Of a stretch of 64,000 bases of DNA, positions 42,342 through 52,545 are shown one piece after another. Source of the DNA: Bacteroidales bacterium (GTDB lineage Bacteria; Bacteroidota; Bacteroidia; Bacteroidales; UBA932); the NCBI GenBank assembly GCA_017447265.1, contig JAFSOA010000008.1, positions 15,167 through 79,166 of the forward strand. Direction: 5' to 3'. A model generated the notes under the pieces. It saw nothing but the letters and a program-made list of their open reading frames with translations, made no database searches and had not been told where the DNA came from. The position numbers and the translations under genes were made by a program. Position 1 is the first letter of the stretch. Each line of letters opens with the position of its first letter.

Positions 42342-43526
42342 ATGAACAAGAAAGCCAAGATCTGCATCGGACTCTCCGGCGGCGTCGATTCGAGCGTGGC
42401 CGCTCTGCTGCTGAAACAGCAGGGCTGCGACGTGTTTGCGCTTTTCATGCAGAACTGGCACGACACCACCGGCACGCTCCATGGTGAATGCGAGTGGGAG
42501 GAAGACCGCGCGGTGGCCGAAATGGTGGCCCGCAAGATCGGCATTCCTTTCCATTTCGTAGACCTGAGCGACGAATACCGGCAGCGGGTGGTGGACTACA
42601 TGTTCGGTGAATACGAGAAGGGCCGCACGCCCAATCCCGACGTCCTGTGCAACCGCGAGATCAAGTTCGACGCGTTCTGGAAGGCTGCCCAGGCCCTGGG
42701 CGCCGATTATGTCGCCACCGGGCATTATTGCCGCAAGGACAGTTTCACAGCGCCTGACGACCGGACCATCTATCGGATCCTCGCCGGCAGCGATCCCAAC
42801 AAGGACCAGAGCTATTTTCTCTGCCAGCTGTCGCAGGCACAGCTCGCGACGGCCCTGTTCCCCATCGGGGACATTACCAAGCCCGAAGTGCGGCGTATCG
42901 CCCGGGAAGCCGGCCTGCCCAGCGCCGGGAAGAAGGACAGCCAGGGCATCTGCTTCGTAGGCAAGGTCGACCTGCCGGTGTTCCTGCAGCAGAAGCTCAA
43001 GAGCCGCGAAGGCGACATCGTGGAGATTCCCCGCAGCTTCTACGAAGGCCGTCCGGAGCCGCAGACGCTCGAGGAAATGGCCGCGCCCATCCGTTACCGG
43101 CGCGAAGACGGCCGGGTCATCGGCAGGCACATCGGTGCGCAATATTACACCATCGGTCAGCGGAAGGGACTGGGCATCGGCGGACACGCTGCGTCCTGCT
43201 TCCTGATCGCCAACGACATCGACCGGAACCTCATCTTCGTCGGCGAAGGTGACAGCCACCCCGGCCTCTGGCGCCGGGCCCTGCACATCCGTTCCGAAGA
43301 AATCCACTGGATCCGCCCGGACCTCACGCTGGAGCCGGGCGAAACCCTGCGCTGCCAGGTACGCATCCGCTACCGGCAGCCCCTGCAGGACGCCGTGCTC
43401 CACCGGCGCGACGACGGCATGTATATTTTGTTTGACCAGCCGCAGCGCGGCATTACCCCCGGCCAGTTTGCCGTCTGGTACGCCGAGGACGGGGAGATGC
43501 TGGGCAGCGGCGTCATTGACCAATAA
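42342..43526 (+). CDS. mnmA: tRNA 2-thiouridine(34) synthase
   Basis: PP-loop GLSGGVDSS, plus NPDVLCN and ATGHY motifs. Confidence 0.95.
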   Translation: MNKKAKICIGLSGGVDSSVAALLLKQQGCDVFALFMQNWHDTTGTLHGECEWEEDRAVAEMVARKIGIPFHFVDLSDEYRQRVVDYMFGEYEKGRTPNPDVLCNREIKFDAFWKAAQALGADYVATGHYCRKDSFTAPDDRTIYRILAGSDPNKDQSYFLCQLSQAQLATALFPIGDITKPEVRRIAREAGLPSAGKKDSQGICFVGKVDLPVFLQQKLKSREGDIVEIPRSFYEGRPEPQTLEEMAAPIRYRREDGRVIGRHIGAQYYTIGQRKGLGIGGHAASCFLIANDIDRNLIFVGEGDSHPGLWRRALHIRSEEIHWIRPDLTLEPGETLRCQVRIRYRQPLQDAVLHRRDDGMYILFDQPQRGITPGQFAVWYAEDGEMLGSGVIDQ

Positions 43527-43532
43527 AACACC

Positions 43533-45047
43533 ATGGGTACGAAACGTAAACTGTTTTCCGCTTGGCTGACCGCCGTGGCCGTGCTCTTTGCGCTGGCCGC
43601 CTGTGAAACGCCTGAACCCGAGCCCCCGCAGGAGCCCGATCTGAGCGACAAGGCGTCGCTTCAGCATTTCTCCTTCACCACCAGCGACAACCCCACCCTC
43701 GAGACCGGGTCCGCCGCCGTGCTGGCCAACGACTACTACTGCATCACCGTGCCGGAGGGTGCGGACCGTTCCCGTCTGGTGCCCAGCATCTCCGTCTCGG
43801 AAGGTGCCTCGGTCTTCATCGAGGACCAGCCTTTTGAAAAAGGCAGGGCTTACGACTTCTCGGGCAATGTGCAGCAGATCAAGGTCGTTTCCGAATCCGG
43901 CAAGCGCACATCCACCTACAAGCTGCTCGTCAAACATGGCATCCCCTATGTCGACAACCAGGTGTATCAGTTCATGAATGATTTCCATGTGCCCGGCGTG
44001 TCGATCTCGATCATGCAGGGCACCGAGGTCAAATATTCCAGCGGCTTCGGCTTTGCCGACAACGCCACCCGGACTCGTGTCACGCCGGACCATCTTTTCC
44101 GCATGGCCAGTATTTCCAAGCAGTTCTGCACGATGTGCATCATGATGCTCAGGGAGCAGGGCCGCCTTCAACTCGACCAGCCGGTTTTCGGCGAGAACGG
44201 CATCCTCAAGGGCCTTTACGCCAATGTCACTCCGTATCATGAAGGTATCACCGTCCGTCATTTGCTGAGCCACAGCAGCGGCATCTGCAAGGGCCTGAGC
44301 GACCCGGCTTTCACCTGGTCGTACCGCATGTATTCCAATGGCTCGCCGGTTCCCACCGACACGTTGATCCAGCGCACGCTCAACGACCGCCAGCAGCCCT
44401 ACAGCGACGGCACGATGACCTGGAGCCCCGGCATGGGTTACAACTACAGCAACGTGGGCTTCTGTATCCTGCACCGCATCGTGGAAGTCGTCAGCGGCAA
44501 AGACTACGAAAGTTTCCTGAAGGAAGACGTGCTGGAGCCGATGGGCGTCACCGACACCCATATCGGCGGCTACGAATCCGAGCGGCGTCCCAATGAATGC
44601 GTCTACTACATGCAGGAGGGCACCAACGGCTATGCGAACCCGCTCCGGGAACTGGCCGGCGCGGCGGGCATCATCACCTCCACCAACCAGATGATGCGGG
44701 TGCTGACCTACATGGACGGCGACGATACGGTGCCGGATATCTTCAGTTACGAGACGCTCCAGGAGATGTACTCGCCGTACGTGTATCAGGGAAGCGGCAC
44801 CTATGGCTCGAACTACAAGCGGTACGGACTGGGCTGGCGCATGAACCATTCCTCGCTCTTCCAGGGCGCCCATTATCACGGTGGCAACATCGCGGGTACG
44901 GCGACACTCTGGGCGGGCAACACCGATCAGCACATGAGCGGCGCGTTCGTCTGCAATTCGCGCGCCTATAACAGCAACTCCTCGGGCGACATCGATGACA
45001 ACATGTACATCCTGCTCGACCGCTTCTTGAAGTTCTTCCAGGAGTGA
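43533..45047 (+). CDS. serine hydrolase, beta-lactamase/PBP4*-like family lipoprotein
   Basis: Lipobox LAAC. SxxK motif SISKQF and YSN motif. Confidence 0.85.
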   Translation: MGTKRKLFSAWLTAVAVLFALAACETPEPEPPQEPDLSDKASLQHFSFTTSDNPTLETGSAAVLANDYYCITVPEGADRSRLVPSISVSEGASVFIEDQPFEKGRAYDFSGNVQQIKVVSESGKRTSTYKLLVKHGIPYVDNQVYQFMNDFHVPGVSISIMQGTEVKYSSGFGFADNATRTRVTPDHLFRMASISKQFCTMCIMMLREQGRLQLDQPVFGENGILKGLYANVTPYHEGITVRHLLSHSSGICKGLSDPAFTWSYRMYSNGSPVPTDTLIQRTLNDRQQPYSDGTMTWSPGMGYNYSNVGFCILHRIVEVVSGKDYESFLKEDVLEPMGVTDTHIGGYESERRPNECVYYMQEGTNGYANPLRELAGAAGIITSTNQMMRVLTYMDGDDTVPDIFSYETLQEMYSPYVYQGSGTYGSNYKRYGLGWRMNHSSLFQGAHYHGGNIAGTATLWAGNTDQHMSGAFVCNSRAYNSNSSGDIDDNMYILLDRFLKFFQE

Positions 45048-46291
45048 TGCGTGACAGCCTGGCCATTGTGGGCGGCGGTCCCGCCGGCATGATGGCGGCC
45101 ATCCGGGCCGCCGAAGTGCTCGGCGACGGGCGTCGCGTGGTCCTGTTCGACAAGAACGAGCGCCTCGGCCGCAAGATCTACCTGACCGGCAAGGGCCGTT
45201 GCAACCTGACCAACCGGCGTGGCTGGGAAGAATTCGCACCGCACATCCATCCGAACCAGGGTTTTTTGAAGAATGCCTTCCGGGCCTTCTCGAACGAGGA
45301 TGTGATCCGTTTCTTCGAAGAGGAATTGGATGTACCAACCGTCACGCAGCAGGGACAACGGGTCTATCCGGCTTCCCTCGTGGCGGGCGACGTAGCGCGG
45401 GCTCTCGAGCGCCGGGTGCAGGAGCTGGGCGTGGATGTCCGCCGCGGGGTGACAGTCGCTTCGCTGGCGGAGCTGGCCGGCTTCGGCGCCGTCATCATCG
45501 CCACGGGAGGAAAATCCTATCCGGTGACGGGCTCTACAGGCGACGGTTACCGTTTTGCCGAAGAGGCCGGACATACCGTTACGCCCGTTTTTCCGAGCGA
45601 GACCGCACTGTTTCCGAAAGACTATGATCCGGGACTGCCGGGCATTGAGATGAAGAACGTGGGGCTGCATCTCTATGTGGACCGTACGCTGGTCGAGAGC
45701 GACCAGGGAGATTTCAACTTCACGGGCGACGGCCTGGAAAGCGGTATCGCCTACCACCTGAGCCGCCGCGCGGTCTGGGCCCTCTGCAACGGTCAGCGCG
45801 TCGACATCGTCCTGGACCTCAAGCCGGCACTGACCGAAGATCAATTGAAAAACCGTCTGCAACGGGAGAAGCTAGCGGGTGGTTTTTGGGACCGCGAGCA
45901 TTTTTCTGCGAGCGGAACAAAAACCAGAGCAGCGGAGCCCGTTGCAGATCGTCCGTTCAGGAATCTGTTGCGGCGTTTTTTACCGGAAACCCTCGTCGCA
46001 CCCTTCCTGCGCGCCAACCCGGACCTGACGGCCGAAAACCTTCCCCGGCGGCTGAAAAACTGGAATTTCCGCATCATCGATTACAAAGGCTTCGACCGCG
46101 CCGTCGTCACGGCCGGCGGCGTCAGCCTCAAGGAGATCGTCCCCAAGACCATGGCCTCGCGCCTGCGGCCGGGCCTCTACTTCTGCGGGGAAGTCCTCGA
46201 CCTCGACGGCGACACCGGTGGCTACAATCTCCAGATCGCCTTCTCCACCGGCTCCCTCGCCGGCCTCTCCGCAGCGAAATACCTGCTATAG
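45044..46291 (+). CDS. HI0933/BaiN-like FAD-dependent oxidoreductase
   Basis: IVGGGPAGMMAA dinucleotide motif and C-terminal CGEVLDLDGDTGGYNLQ. Confidence 0.88.
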   Translation: MMRDSLAIVGGGPAGMMAAIRAAEVLGDGRRVVLFDKNERLGRKIYLTGKGRCNLTNRRGWEEFAPHIHPNQGFLKNAFRAFSNEDVIRFFEEELDVPTVTQQGQRVYPASLVAGDVARALERRVQELGVDVRRGVTVASLAELAGFGAVIIATGGKSYPVTGSTGDGYRFAEEAGHTVTPVFPSETALFPKDYDPGLPGIEMKNVGLHLYVDRTLVESDQGDFNFTGDGLESGIAYHLSRRAVWALCNGQRVDIVLDLKPALTEDQLKNRLQREKLAGGFWDREHFSASGTKTRAAEPVADRPFRNLLRRFLPETLVAPFLRANPDLTAENLPRRLKNWNFRIIDYKGFDRAVVTAGGVSLKEIVPKTMASRLRPGLYFCGEVLDLDGDTGGYNLQIAFSTGSLAGLSAAKYLL

Positions 46292-47749
46292 GATTCCCAT
46301 CTCCGTCGCCTTGTGGATCATGTCCGTTACATTCCGGACTTCCATCTTGGAATAGATGCGCTGGCGATGGGTATTGACCGTATGGACGCTCAGGAACGTG
46401 CGCTCGGCGATCTGGGCGGCCGTCAGGCCCTCGGCGCTGAGGCGGATGATTTGGATTTCGCGCGGGGAGAGACCGATATCTGCGATTTTCCGGCTCCGCT
46501 CCACGAGAAGATCGCCGACGTATTGTGCGACGTCCGTATTGATTTCCTGTGCATTGCGCGCCAACTCCTGGCATTTCTTCCGGATTTCTTCCGGAGGAAG
46601 CGTGGCGGCGCTGGACGAAAGGCCGGCAATCTTGCCCGCCATTGTGTTGGCCGGATTCTTCAAATCTTTGGACAAGACTTCGATGATCTGCTCCTTGGCA
46701 TCGCTCAGGCGCTGCAGTTCCGCACTGCGGCGACGGGCCTTGCGGAGGTGGATGGCTACGATGGCGATGATGGCCCCGGCCAGCAGGAGAGCCAGGACGA
46801 GAAGCCCGATCTGGTAGCCACGACGCTCGATTTCCCGTTCTTTTTCCTGCACTTCGAAGCGAGTTTCCATCTCCTGCAGCGTTTCATCGGCCTTTTGCTG
46901 CATATACAACTGCATTTGATAGACGTAGTCGTCGTGGGCCTCCTGCGCCTTTTCATGATCGCCCAGGCGTCCGTACAGGCGGACCAGCCGGTCATCGAGG
47001 CTGGCAGCCGTCAGATGGTCCCTCTCTTTCAGTCCGGCCAGGACCTGCGTAAAGTACAGGACGGCTTCCTCGTTGCGGTTCCCCTGCTGGAACCAGCGGG
47101 AGCGGAACAGGATTCCGTTCCTGCGAAGACGCGGTATATCATAGGTTTCGGCCAGCGACTGCCCTCTGTCCAGGTATTCTCCCGCCGTCTGATAGATTTG
47201 GGGTTCGATGGGATCGTTCCAGCGATTCTTATTGATATAGAGCGAAGCAATCACGTAGCAAGCTTCGCATTGCCGCTCATGATCGTTCGTCTCTTCTGCC
47301 AGTGAAAGCGCTTCGAAGGCATACTCCAGTCCTTCTTCGTTTCTCCCGGTCTCGGGCGATATCTCTGCATAGGAACAGAGTTTTGCCTTGGAAATAAGGA
47401 TTCCCGCGAGTTCCTCCTTGAATCCGTTCACCCGCGCGATTGTCTCGGCCTCCAGCGCTTTTCCCCACGCATCGGCATCCCGGCTGGTCATGATGTCGAT
47501 GCCAATGATACAGTCCAGCGCTTGAACCTTGAGCAGCGGGGCATTCGCCGCATCGGCAATGGCCAGTGCCTCCAACGCCTTTTCCATCGCCGCATCAAAA
47601 TGCTGTGCTGTGACATCCTCTCCGGCCTTCTCGAGCAAAGCGGACACTTTCTCGGTTTCCACATTTTCGAGCACGCTGTTTTCGGGCCGGCAGGAAAGCA
47701 AATGCAGGCACAGCAAAAGGGATAGAAAGGATAAAAACGCTGTTTTCAC
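46286..47749 (-). CDS. membrane-anchored TPR-like sensor fused to a LuxR-type HTH regulator
   Basis: Signal/lipobox LLSC, a helical repeat region and a TM helix LLVLALLLAGAIIAIVAI. C-terminus LSPREIQIIRLSAEGLTAAQIAERTFLSVHTVNTHRQRIYSKM. Confidence 0.85.
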   Translation of the reverse strand: MKTAFLSFLSLLLCLHLLSCRPENSVLENVETEKVSALLEKAGEDVTAQHFDAAMEKALEALAIADAANAPLLKVQALDCIIGIDIMTSRDADAWGKALEAETIARVNGFKEELAGILISKAKLCSYAEISPETGRNEEGLEYAFEALSLAEETNDHERQCEACYVIASLYINKNRWNDPIEPQIYQTAGEYLDRGQSLAETYDIPRLRRNGILFRSRWFQQGNRNEEAVLYFTQVLAGLKERDHLTAASLDDRLVRLYGRLGDHEKAQEAHDDYVYQMQLYMQQKADETLQEMETRFEVQEKEREIERRGYQIGLLVLALLLAGAIIAIVAIHLRKARRRSAELQRLSDAKEQIIEVLSKDLKNPANTMAGKIAGLSSSAATLPPEEIRKKCQELARNAQEINTDVAQYVGDLLVERSRKIADIGLSPREIQIIRLSAEGLTAAQIAERTFLSVHTVNTHRQRIYSKMEVRNVTDMIHKATEMGIL

Positions 47750-47841
47750 AGTTTTTCAGTAGCATCGAGGCCCAAAATTACTGAAAAATCATCAATCCGG
47801 AGTCATGGCTACAGTGTAATTTTGCACCGTAAAACGACACA

Positions 47842-48954
47842 ATGATGAAACGCTTTCAAATGATTGCCGGAATGCTGGTGACGATGGTCATCGCTCTGAG
47901 CGCGGGTATGGCCCCGTACGAAAAGAAATTTGATGTGGATTACTCCAAAGCCCGCCACACGGAATGGAATTATACCTCGGGTGGTGCGACCGTGGAAGCC
48001 GACCTGGCCTACTGGATGAAGCGGCTGGCGGAATCGCTGGACGCGGAAGATCCGGAGCGGATAGACTACGAGGCGGCCTTTCGCCTGAACACGGGCAAAC
48101 CCAGCTTTGATTTCCTCGACAAGACCTATCATCTCTGGGATGGCGAGAAGCTCACCGACTATGAAGCGGAGCAATGGCAGTTTGAACGGAAGGAAGTCCT
48201 GAAGCGGATGCAGCAGATCGAGGCCATCGGTCTTCCCGAAAGTCCTGACTACAGCGGCGACGACAAGGAAGCCAAAGCCCGCAAACTGGGGCAGTACATG
48301 GTGACCAAGGCCAATGCCCAGCTGGCCCGTGCGCTGAAGAGCGACAACCCCGCCACGCGCATGTTCCATCTCTATCGGGCATTCGGCAGCCTTTCGACAG
48401 GTGTCACGATGAAATGGACGAATGGCTCGGAAGAGGGATTTTCCGAAATGGCCGGCAACATGAAGAAACTCTATGACGAGCTTTCGGAAGAATGCAAGAT
48501 CGATTTCCCGGCATCTTTCGATATCGCTTCGCTGCAGGCTTTCGATGCAGAACGCAAGGCGGCCGCCAAGGAGAAAAAGCCCAATGCTGAAATCCTGAAA
48601 ATGAAGAAAGGCGCTTTGCTGACGCAATATCGGACCACCAGAGACAAGGGGGAGAAACACGAGAATTTCGCTGGCCATGTGGCCTGGCTGGAGCAGGCCG
48701 TCAAGGATAACTGCCCGGAATGGGGCACGCCCAAGGCAGCGCGGGTCTTCTCGGACTACAAAGTTGAAGTGAATGCGCTGGGCGTCCCCGTCTACCGCAC
48801 ATTCACCGCCGAGGTGATCTGTGAAGACCAGGGCTTCACGGTCTGCCACGAGGTGTTTCTGAAACAGGATTACGCCGGTGGCAAGTACGGCGCCAGCGAA
48901 GTCCGTCCCGGCGGCCTCAAATGGAACGACCGCTGCACGATCGTCAACCCGTAA
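47842..48954 (+). CDS. hypothetical exported protein
   Basis: 370-aa ORF with an N-terminal hydrophobic signal and balanced composition. Confidence 0.65.
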   Translation: MMKRFQMIAGMLVTMVIALSAGMAPYEKKFDVDYSKARHTEWNYTSGGATVEADLAYWMKRLAESLDAEDPERIDYEAAFRLNTGKPSFDFLDKTYHLWDGEKLTDYEAEQWQFERKEVLKRMQQIEAIGLPESPDYSGDDKEAKARKLGQYMVTKANAQLARALKSDNPATRMFHLYRAFGSLSTGVTMKWTNGSEEGFSEMAGNMKKLYDELSEECKIDFPASFDIASLQAFDAERKAAAKEKKPNAEILKMKKGALLTQYRTTRDKGEKHENFAGHVAWLEQAVKDNCPEWGTPKAARVFSDYKVEVNALGVPVYRTFTAEVICEDQGFTVCHEVFLKQDYAGGKYGASEVRPGGLKWNDRCTIVNP

Positions 48955-49002
48955 GATTCTTTCCGGCGTCGCGTAATACCAGCTTTTCTGGCATCTCGCT
49001 CC

Positions 49003-49154
49003 AACCCGAAAATCGTTGTCCTGCGTCAGTGCTGTTTAACGGCATCAGGCGCAGGACGACCTGCTCAACGGGGCCTGAAAGGCGGGGTTGTCCAGAGAGA
49101 TCGCCCTCCGAGGTGATCACAATGGTATGTTGCCTGGACAACGTTTTTCGGGTT
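49003..49154 (+). mobile_element. 152-bp TIR element (MITE/REP-like), copy A
   Basis: Termini are AACCCGAAAATCGTTGTCC ... GGACAACGTTTTTCGGGTT (18/19 complementary). The interior matches the reverse complement of copy B over about the first 90 nt. Confidence 0.85.
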
Positions 49155-49287
49155 AAACCCTTGGGAACTATTTCGTCTCGGACCGGATAACCTTGATGTC
49201 GCCGGACCTGACGGTAATCGTTTGTTTCTGGTCGCCCTGAATGACGGTGATGGTTTGCGGAGTTGGTATAGACGGATACACGTTTGA

Positions 49288-50202
49288 TCAGTTGCAGGGA
49301 GATTCGTCGGCGCAGGGGTGGCCTTCCTGCTCGGTCTCAAGCGTAGCATGGTGGATGCCAGCCTTGTGCAGGGCGTGCTTGACGTCGTGGACGATGGCCT
49401 CGGGATCGCTTTCCCGGGCGATGACCAGATGGGCCGTCAGCGCCGTCTCGGTGGTGCTGATGGGCCAGATGTGAAGATGGTGGACGCTGCAGACACCTTC
49501 CGCTGCTTCCATCTGCTGCCGTATCTCTTCAGGATGAATGCCTTCCGGGACGGCGTCCATGCTCATGCTGATGCTTTCTGCCAGCAACTGCCAGGTGCTC
49601 ACCAGGATGACGAGGGCGATGACGATGCCGATGACAGGATCGATGAACGTCCAGCCGGTCAGCGAGATGACGATGCCTGAAATGACCACGCCAACGGACA
49701 CCAGCGTATCGGAAGCCATGTGCAGGAAGGCCCCGCGGGTATTGATGTCGTTCTTCTGGTGGCGCATCAGCAGCCAGGCCGTCAGGCCGTTGATTATGAT
49801 ACCCACGCCCGCCGTCCAGGCCACGGCACCGCCGTCGATGGCTACGGGATTGCGGAGTTTATGGATACTTTCGACGATGATGGCGCCAACGGCCACCAGC
49901 AGGATGACGGCGTTGAGCAGCGAGATCAAAATCGACCCCTTCTTGTAGCCATACGTAAACTTTTCCGTACTGTGGGACGCGGCGAGCCGGAAAGCGATCA
50001 GCGCCAGCACCAGCGAAAAGACATCGCTCAGGTTGTGCCCGGCATCGGACAACAGGCCCAGCGACCCTTTCCACAGACCGACGACCGCCTCGACCAGCAC
50101 GAAAGCCAGGTTCAAGGCGATGGAGATCCAATAGATGCCTCGCAGCGACGCCACGTCCTGCGCCGCCGCGTGGTGATGGTGATGATGATGCGCGTGTTCC
50201 AT
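49288..50202 (-). CDS. cation diffusion facilitator family metal efflux transporter
   Basis: His-rich N-terminus MEHAHHHHHHH, plus LLSDAGHNLSDV and HMASD motifs. A TACCTTTG motif lies just upstream. Confidence 0.9.
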   Translation of the reverse strand: MEHAHHHHHHHAAAQDVASLRGIYWISIALNLAFVLVEAVVGLWKGSLGLLSDAGHNLSDVFSLVLALIAFRLAASHSTEKFTYGYKKGSILISLLNAVILLVAVGAIIVESIHKLRNPVAIDGGAVAWTAGVGIIINGLTAWLLMRHQKNDINTRGAFLHMASDTLVSVGVVISGIVISLTGWTFIDPVIGIVIALVILVSTWQLLAESISMSMDAVPEGIHPEEIRQQMEAAEGVCSVHHLHIWPISTTETALTAHLVIARESDPEAIVHDVKHALHKAGIHHATLETEQEGHPCADESPCN

Positions 50203-50309
50203 TTTCAATGGCAAAGGTAGCACGAATTCCGATGCCCGTCCATCCCCATTTGTTGGGATAATAATCAATAATGAGGGAGAATAGCCTTGACAAGCGGCCT
50301 TTGATGTAT

Positions 50310-50317
50310 TATCTTTG
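50310..50317 (+). promoter_or_regulatory. -7 promoter motif for the HUH transposase-like gene
   Basis: TATCTTTG, 34 nt upstream of ATG 50352. Confidence 0.45.
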
Positions 50318-50351
50318 CAAACGAGCAGCCATTAGCGGCGCTGGATTTGAG

Positions 50352-51320
50352 ATGAAGATTAAACAAGAACTGCTCAGGCAAATCATTGCCGACCTGGGGA
50401 TTGACATCCCTTTCTCCAAAGGACAAAAGATTGCTGTCAAAAACTGCTGGCATTTCAACACGGACGGAAATGCCGTCGAAGAAATGTTTCTCGACGATGA
50501 CGATTTCATTGCCGGGATGAACCGCATCTATGTCACTGTCAGGGGATACCGTGTCATCATTCTTGCTTTCTGCCTGATGGATACACACATCCATTTCGTC
50601 CTGTATGGAGAATTCGATGAATGCAATCGCTTCGTGCACGACTATGTCTGCAGGACATCCCGCCATATCGCTCTGCGCCACCGAGAGAACAATAAACTGG
50701 CTAATGTCCCCATCCGTCACCAAGTCGTGGATGACGATTTCTATCTGAAGGTTGTCATCTGCTATACCATCAAAAATGCCCCTGTGGGAGGTATTTCGTA
50801 TATGGCTTGGGACTATCCCTGGTGCAGTGGTCCGCTTTATTTTCGCCGGTCGGGTTTGTGGAGTTCCCCGGCCTGGATTGAACCGGAAGAGCCAGAATGC
50901 ACACTTGCAGACCTGAGCCGCGAACAGCAGCGATCGTTTCTGCGTACGCGAAGTCTTCTTGAAGAGGACACTCCGATGATAGGACAGTTGGTTTTCCCGG
51001 GCGCATACGTGGCCTATGAATTGGTCGAAAGAATCTACAAGACCTGCAAGAGTTTCAACTATTTCTTCTGCATTACCAAGGAAGACGACGTGGAAGCACG
51101 CGGCGGCCAACTCTCGCTGCTTTCCATCCCCATGCAGGAGATGCGGCAACACAAGAATGAACTTTGCCAAGAGTTGTTCGGCGTGAAGAGTATTAAGACT
51201 TTGTCTGTACAACAACGTGTCCGGCTGGCGAGAACCCTCCGCGCCCGTTACAACAGTTCACTCAAGCAAATCATACGGCTCTGCGGCCTGGTCTATGACG
51301 AAGTGAGAGACCAATTCTGA
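50352..51320 (+). CDS. HUH/Y1 (IS200-like, RAYT-like) transposase-domain protein with a C-terminal HTH-like tail
   Basis: HUH motif LMDTHIHFVL. Tyr motif CYTIKNAPVGG resembles the YxxxNP of IS200/RAYT enzymes. Flanked by inverted TIR elements. Confidence 0.6.
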   Translation: MKIKQELLRQIIADLGIDIPFSKGQKIAVKNCWHFNTDGNAVEEMFLDDDDFIAGMNRIYVTVRGYRVIILAFCLMDTHIHFVLYGEFDECNRFVHDYVCRTSRHIALRHRENNKLANVPIRHQVVDDDFYLKVVICYTIKNAPVGGISYMAWDYPWCSGPLYFRRSGLWSSPAWIEPEEPECTLADLSREQQRSFLRTRSLLEEDTPMIGQLVFPGAYVAYELVERIYKTCKSFNYFFCITKEDDVEARGGQLSLLSIPMQEMRQHKNELCQELFGVKSIKTLSVQQRVRLARTLRARYNSSLKQIIRLCGLVYDEVRDQF

Positions 51321-51322
51321 TC

Positions 51323-51475
51323 AACCCGAAAATCGTTGTCCAGACAGCAAACCATTTTATTAACATCAGGCGGGGGTCAGTCTGGACAACCTCGCCTTTA
51401 AGGCCCCGTTGAGCAGGCTGTCCTGCGTCTGATGCCGATTAAGCGGCTCTGACGCAGGACAACGTTTTTCGGGTT
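51323..51475 (-). mobile_element. 153-bp TIR element, copy B (inverted relative to copy A)
   Basis: Same termini as copy A. Starts 2 nt after the stop codon of 50352..51320. Confidence 0.85.
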
Positions 51476-51494
51476 GGCGAAGGGATGCGAAAGG

Positions 51495-52124
51495 CTACCA
51501 GCGGTCGTAGTGGATGTTGTCGGGGTTCCACTTGTCCTTGGGCGAGGGGGTCTCAGCGGGATAGCCGACGGGGACGATGGCGAGCGGGGTTACGTCCGCG
51601 GGGATGCCGAGATAGGCTCGGATGCGGTCGACGATGCGTTCGGATGGGTAGCAGGAGAGCCAGACGGCGCCCAGGTCGAGGGCCGTGGCGGCCAGCAGCA
51701 GGTTTTCGGTGGCAGCGGAGCAGTCTTCGAACCAGTATTTGTTGGGCCGTTCGACCAGCTCGGCATCGTCCGGTGCATCATGGGGCTTGATCATGCGGGT
51801 GGTTTCGCCGCAGACGACGATCACGGCGCCGGCCGTGGTGACCATCTTCTTGTGGACTTCGCCCTGATACAGGCCGGCCTTGATCTCGTCGTCGGTGATG
51901 ACGATAAAACGCCAGGGGCGGACGTCGACGGCCGTCGGCGCAGCCATTGCCGCATCCAGCAGCGTATGGATCTGCTGTTCGGTGAGTTTTTCACCCGTGA
52001 AACTCCGGATGCTCGTTCGGGCCTTGATGACTTCCAGGGCGCTTTTATCCTTCGGCGCTTCGTTCTTGCAGCAGGCGGTCGCCAGGACCAGCAGGGCTGC
52101 GCACAGGCAAATTAGCTGCTTCAT
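51495..52124 (-). CDS. nitroreductase family protein with lipoprotein signal
   Basis: Lipobox LATAC, plus RTSIRSFTGEKL and PWRFIVI motifs. Confidence 0.85.
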   Translation of the reverse strand: MKQLICLCAALLVLATACCKNEAPKDKSALEVIKARTSIRSFTGEKLTEQQIHTLLDAAMAAPTAVDVRPWRFIVITDDEIKAGLYQGEVHKKMVTTAGAVIVVCGETTRMIKPHDAPDDAELVERPNKYWFEDCSAATENLLLAATALDLGAVWLSCYPSERIVDRIRAYLGIPADVTPLAIVPVGYPAETPSPKDKWNPDNIHYDRW

Positions 52125-52533
52125 TGCTTTGTTGCTTCTTCTTGTTTTTTATTGGGGAGGATGATATTCAGCAGGATGGCAATCAGTGCCGCCGGGACGA
52201 TGCCGGCGCCCAATTTCGGGAAGAGACCGGCAAGCACGAGGATCCCGGCGCCCGTCGCGATGGAAGGGAAGCCCTTGAAACCAAACTGGAAGAACAGGAT
52301 GGAAGCCAGGGTGATGAAGCCCAGCAGCAAGTTCGGCCCGCTACCATAGTCAGGCGCAACGCACCCAATCCTTCACCGGCGGTGATGCCGCAGATGCCCA
52401 TGATTATGAGCAGGGGCGATAAATTGCCGACAAACATGGCCAGCACGTGCTGCAGACCCAGCGGCACCGCCTTACCGAGTGGCAGACGTCCGTCGAGGTT
52501 GTACGGCGAAGAATATTGTTTTTCTTTCTTCAT
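52121..52533 (-). pseudogene. remnant of a nucleobase:cation symporter (NCS2) permease with most of the interior deleted
   Basis: ORF 52183..52533 begins with the family N-terminus PLGKAVPLGLQHVLAMFVGN. ORF 52121..52330, in another frame, ends like the family C-terminus IVPAALIAILLNIILP. About 300 codons are missing. Confidence 0.7.
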
Positions 52534-52545
52534 GGGCCCGGTTCG

